Source: Candidatus Woesearchaeota archaeon (lineage in GTDB: Archaea; Nanobdellota; Nanobdellia; SCGC-AAA011-G17; JAGVZF01). Taken from it: a stretch of DNA of 64,000 bases. The stretch spans positions 10,787 to 74,786 of the forward strand of contig JAGVZF010000013.1 in assembly GCA_018302785.1 (NCBI GenBank). Reading direction: 5' to 3'. The position numbers and the translations under genes were made by a program. Every line of letters begins with the position of its first letter. Positions within the stretch are counted from its first letter, which is position 1. The notes beneath the pieces are model-generated. The model was not told where the DNA came from, did not search any database, and saw only the letters and a program-made list of their open reading frames with translations. Shown here piece by piece: positions 63,281-64,000 of the stretch.

Positions 63281-63691
63281 GTGACTTGGCATTGGCAATA
63301 TTTTAATGGTAAAACTCTTGAAGAAAAAGTAGTTTTATCTGATTCTGAAACTAATGCTATAGTAATTTCTATAAATTTTGAAAGATATCCAGAATTGCCA
63401 GAAAGTAAAGATAAAGCTCTTGAGCAAATAAGACCTAAAAGAGATCCTTCTCAAATAAATCCTTATTCTATACAAGGAACTTGGAACGGTTTACAATTAT
63501 CTCCTAAAGAGTCAATAGACGGCTTAGTCTATTTTAAATATGAAGGCTTAAAAGTTGAAGATATAAATTACTTTAAAAACATCTGGAACCTTTTACAATT
63601 TGAAACTAATCCCCAACCAAATGGAACAATTACTTTTTCTTATAAATCAACAAGAAGAATTTGTGATTTTGTCCCCAAACTAAAAAAATAA
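63281..63691 (+). CDS. Hypothetical protein (GTG start)
   Basis: ORF track only. Confidence 0.3.
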   Translation: MTWHWQYFNGKTLEEKVVLSDSETNAIVISINFERYPELPESKDKALEQIRPKRDPSQINPYSIQGTWNGLQLSPKESIDGLVYFKYEGLKVEDINYFKNIWNLLQFETNPQPNGTITFSYKSTRRICDFVPKLKK

Positions 63692-63731
63692 ATCCAAAAC
63701 TTTTATAAACAGAAATTTTTAAAATAGTATA

Positions 63732-64000
63732 ATGAAAAAGAGGTATTTTATTTTAGTAGTTTATCTAATAATTTCTATAATATTCTCAATAAATAGTAAT
63801 GCTTCATCCCATATTCCATCAAAATATGATTCTTGGAAATACTCAATTTCAAGTGTCTCATTAATTAGTATTATTTCTTTGATAGGTGTTATAACTCTAT
63901 CAATAAAATCAACAAATTTAAAGAAGATTATACTTTATTTAGTTAGCTTTTCAGCAGGAGCATTATTAGGAGATGTATTTATTCATTTACTTCCAGAAGT
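63732..64000 (+). CDS. ZIP-family metal transporter, N-terminal part (runs off the window)
   Basis: Own translation: MKKRYFILVVYL...SFSAGALLGDVFIHLLPE (ZIP TM motif). Confidence 0.6.
   Translation, partial: MKKRYFILVVYLIISIIFSINSNASSHIPSKYDSWKYSISSVSLISIISLIGVITLSIKSTNLKKIILYLVSFSAGALLGDVFIHLLPE

Overview
AT-rich (about 30% GC by eye, not computed) archaeal chromosomal segment. The archaeal assignment rests on TFB, ribosomal proteins L18e, L13, S9, L37e and S8e, and an Sm-like protein. Small compact genes, giant secreted proteins and a murein-lytic domain suggest a DPANN-type lineage, but that is inference only. Content from left to right:

- 1-9.5 kb: a copper and thiol-redox gene cluster. 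It holds CopA, HMA, cupredoxin, TRASH/YHS and Trx-CcdA genes plus many CxxC membrane proteins.
- 9.5-16.8 kb: a compositionally different block. A Cas4/AddB-like Fe-S nuclease giant is transcribed divergently from a family-B DNA polymerase homolog. That homolog keeps its exonuclease motifs but has lost its polymerase catalytic residues. A propeptide-less proteasome-beta-like peptidase follows it. This is my top candidate for an undescribed system.
- L18e-L13-S9, then a LAGLIDADG/HTH insertion, a MazEF-like pair, pyrG and tRNA-Val.
- 24.5-34 kb: a surface module. It holds a wHTH gene, a pilin-signal protein, a Sec-signal protein, a lytic-transglycosylase domain in a shifted frame, a 1690-aa giant and a polytopic membrane protein.
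- A probable two-intron tRNA-Leu, L37e/SmAP, and an 1104-aa Cys-repeat surface protein.
- nrdR with an NrdR box, and an intein-containing class II RNR; then S8e and TFB.
- A dark-matter block with a truncated secretion-ATPase gene.
- A carbamoyltransferase / COG2403-like / carbamate-kinase cluster split by a toxin-antitoxin (TA) pair.
- Surface proteins sharing a novel C-terminal anchor module, a second LAGLIDADG gene, and a CuA-cupredoxin plus DsbA/Trx cluster.
- A cupin gene with an in-frame TGA, and a partial ZIP transporter.

No rRNA, CRISPR array, integrase or transposase was seen. All calls come from reading the sequence and the ORF track; no searches were run.
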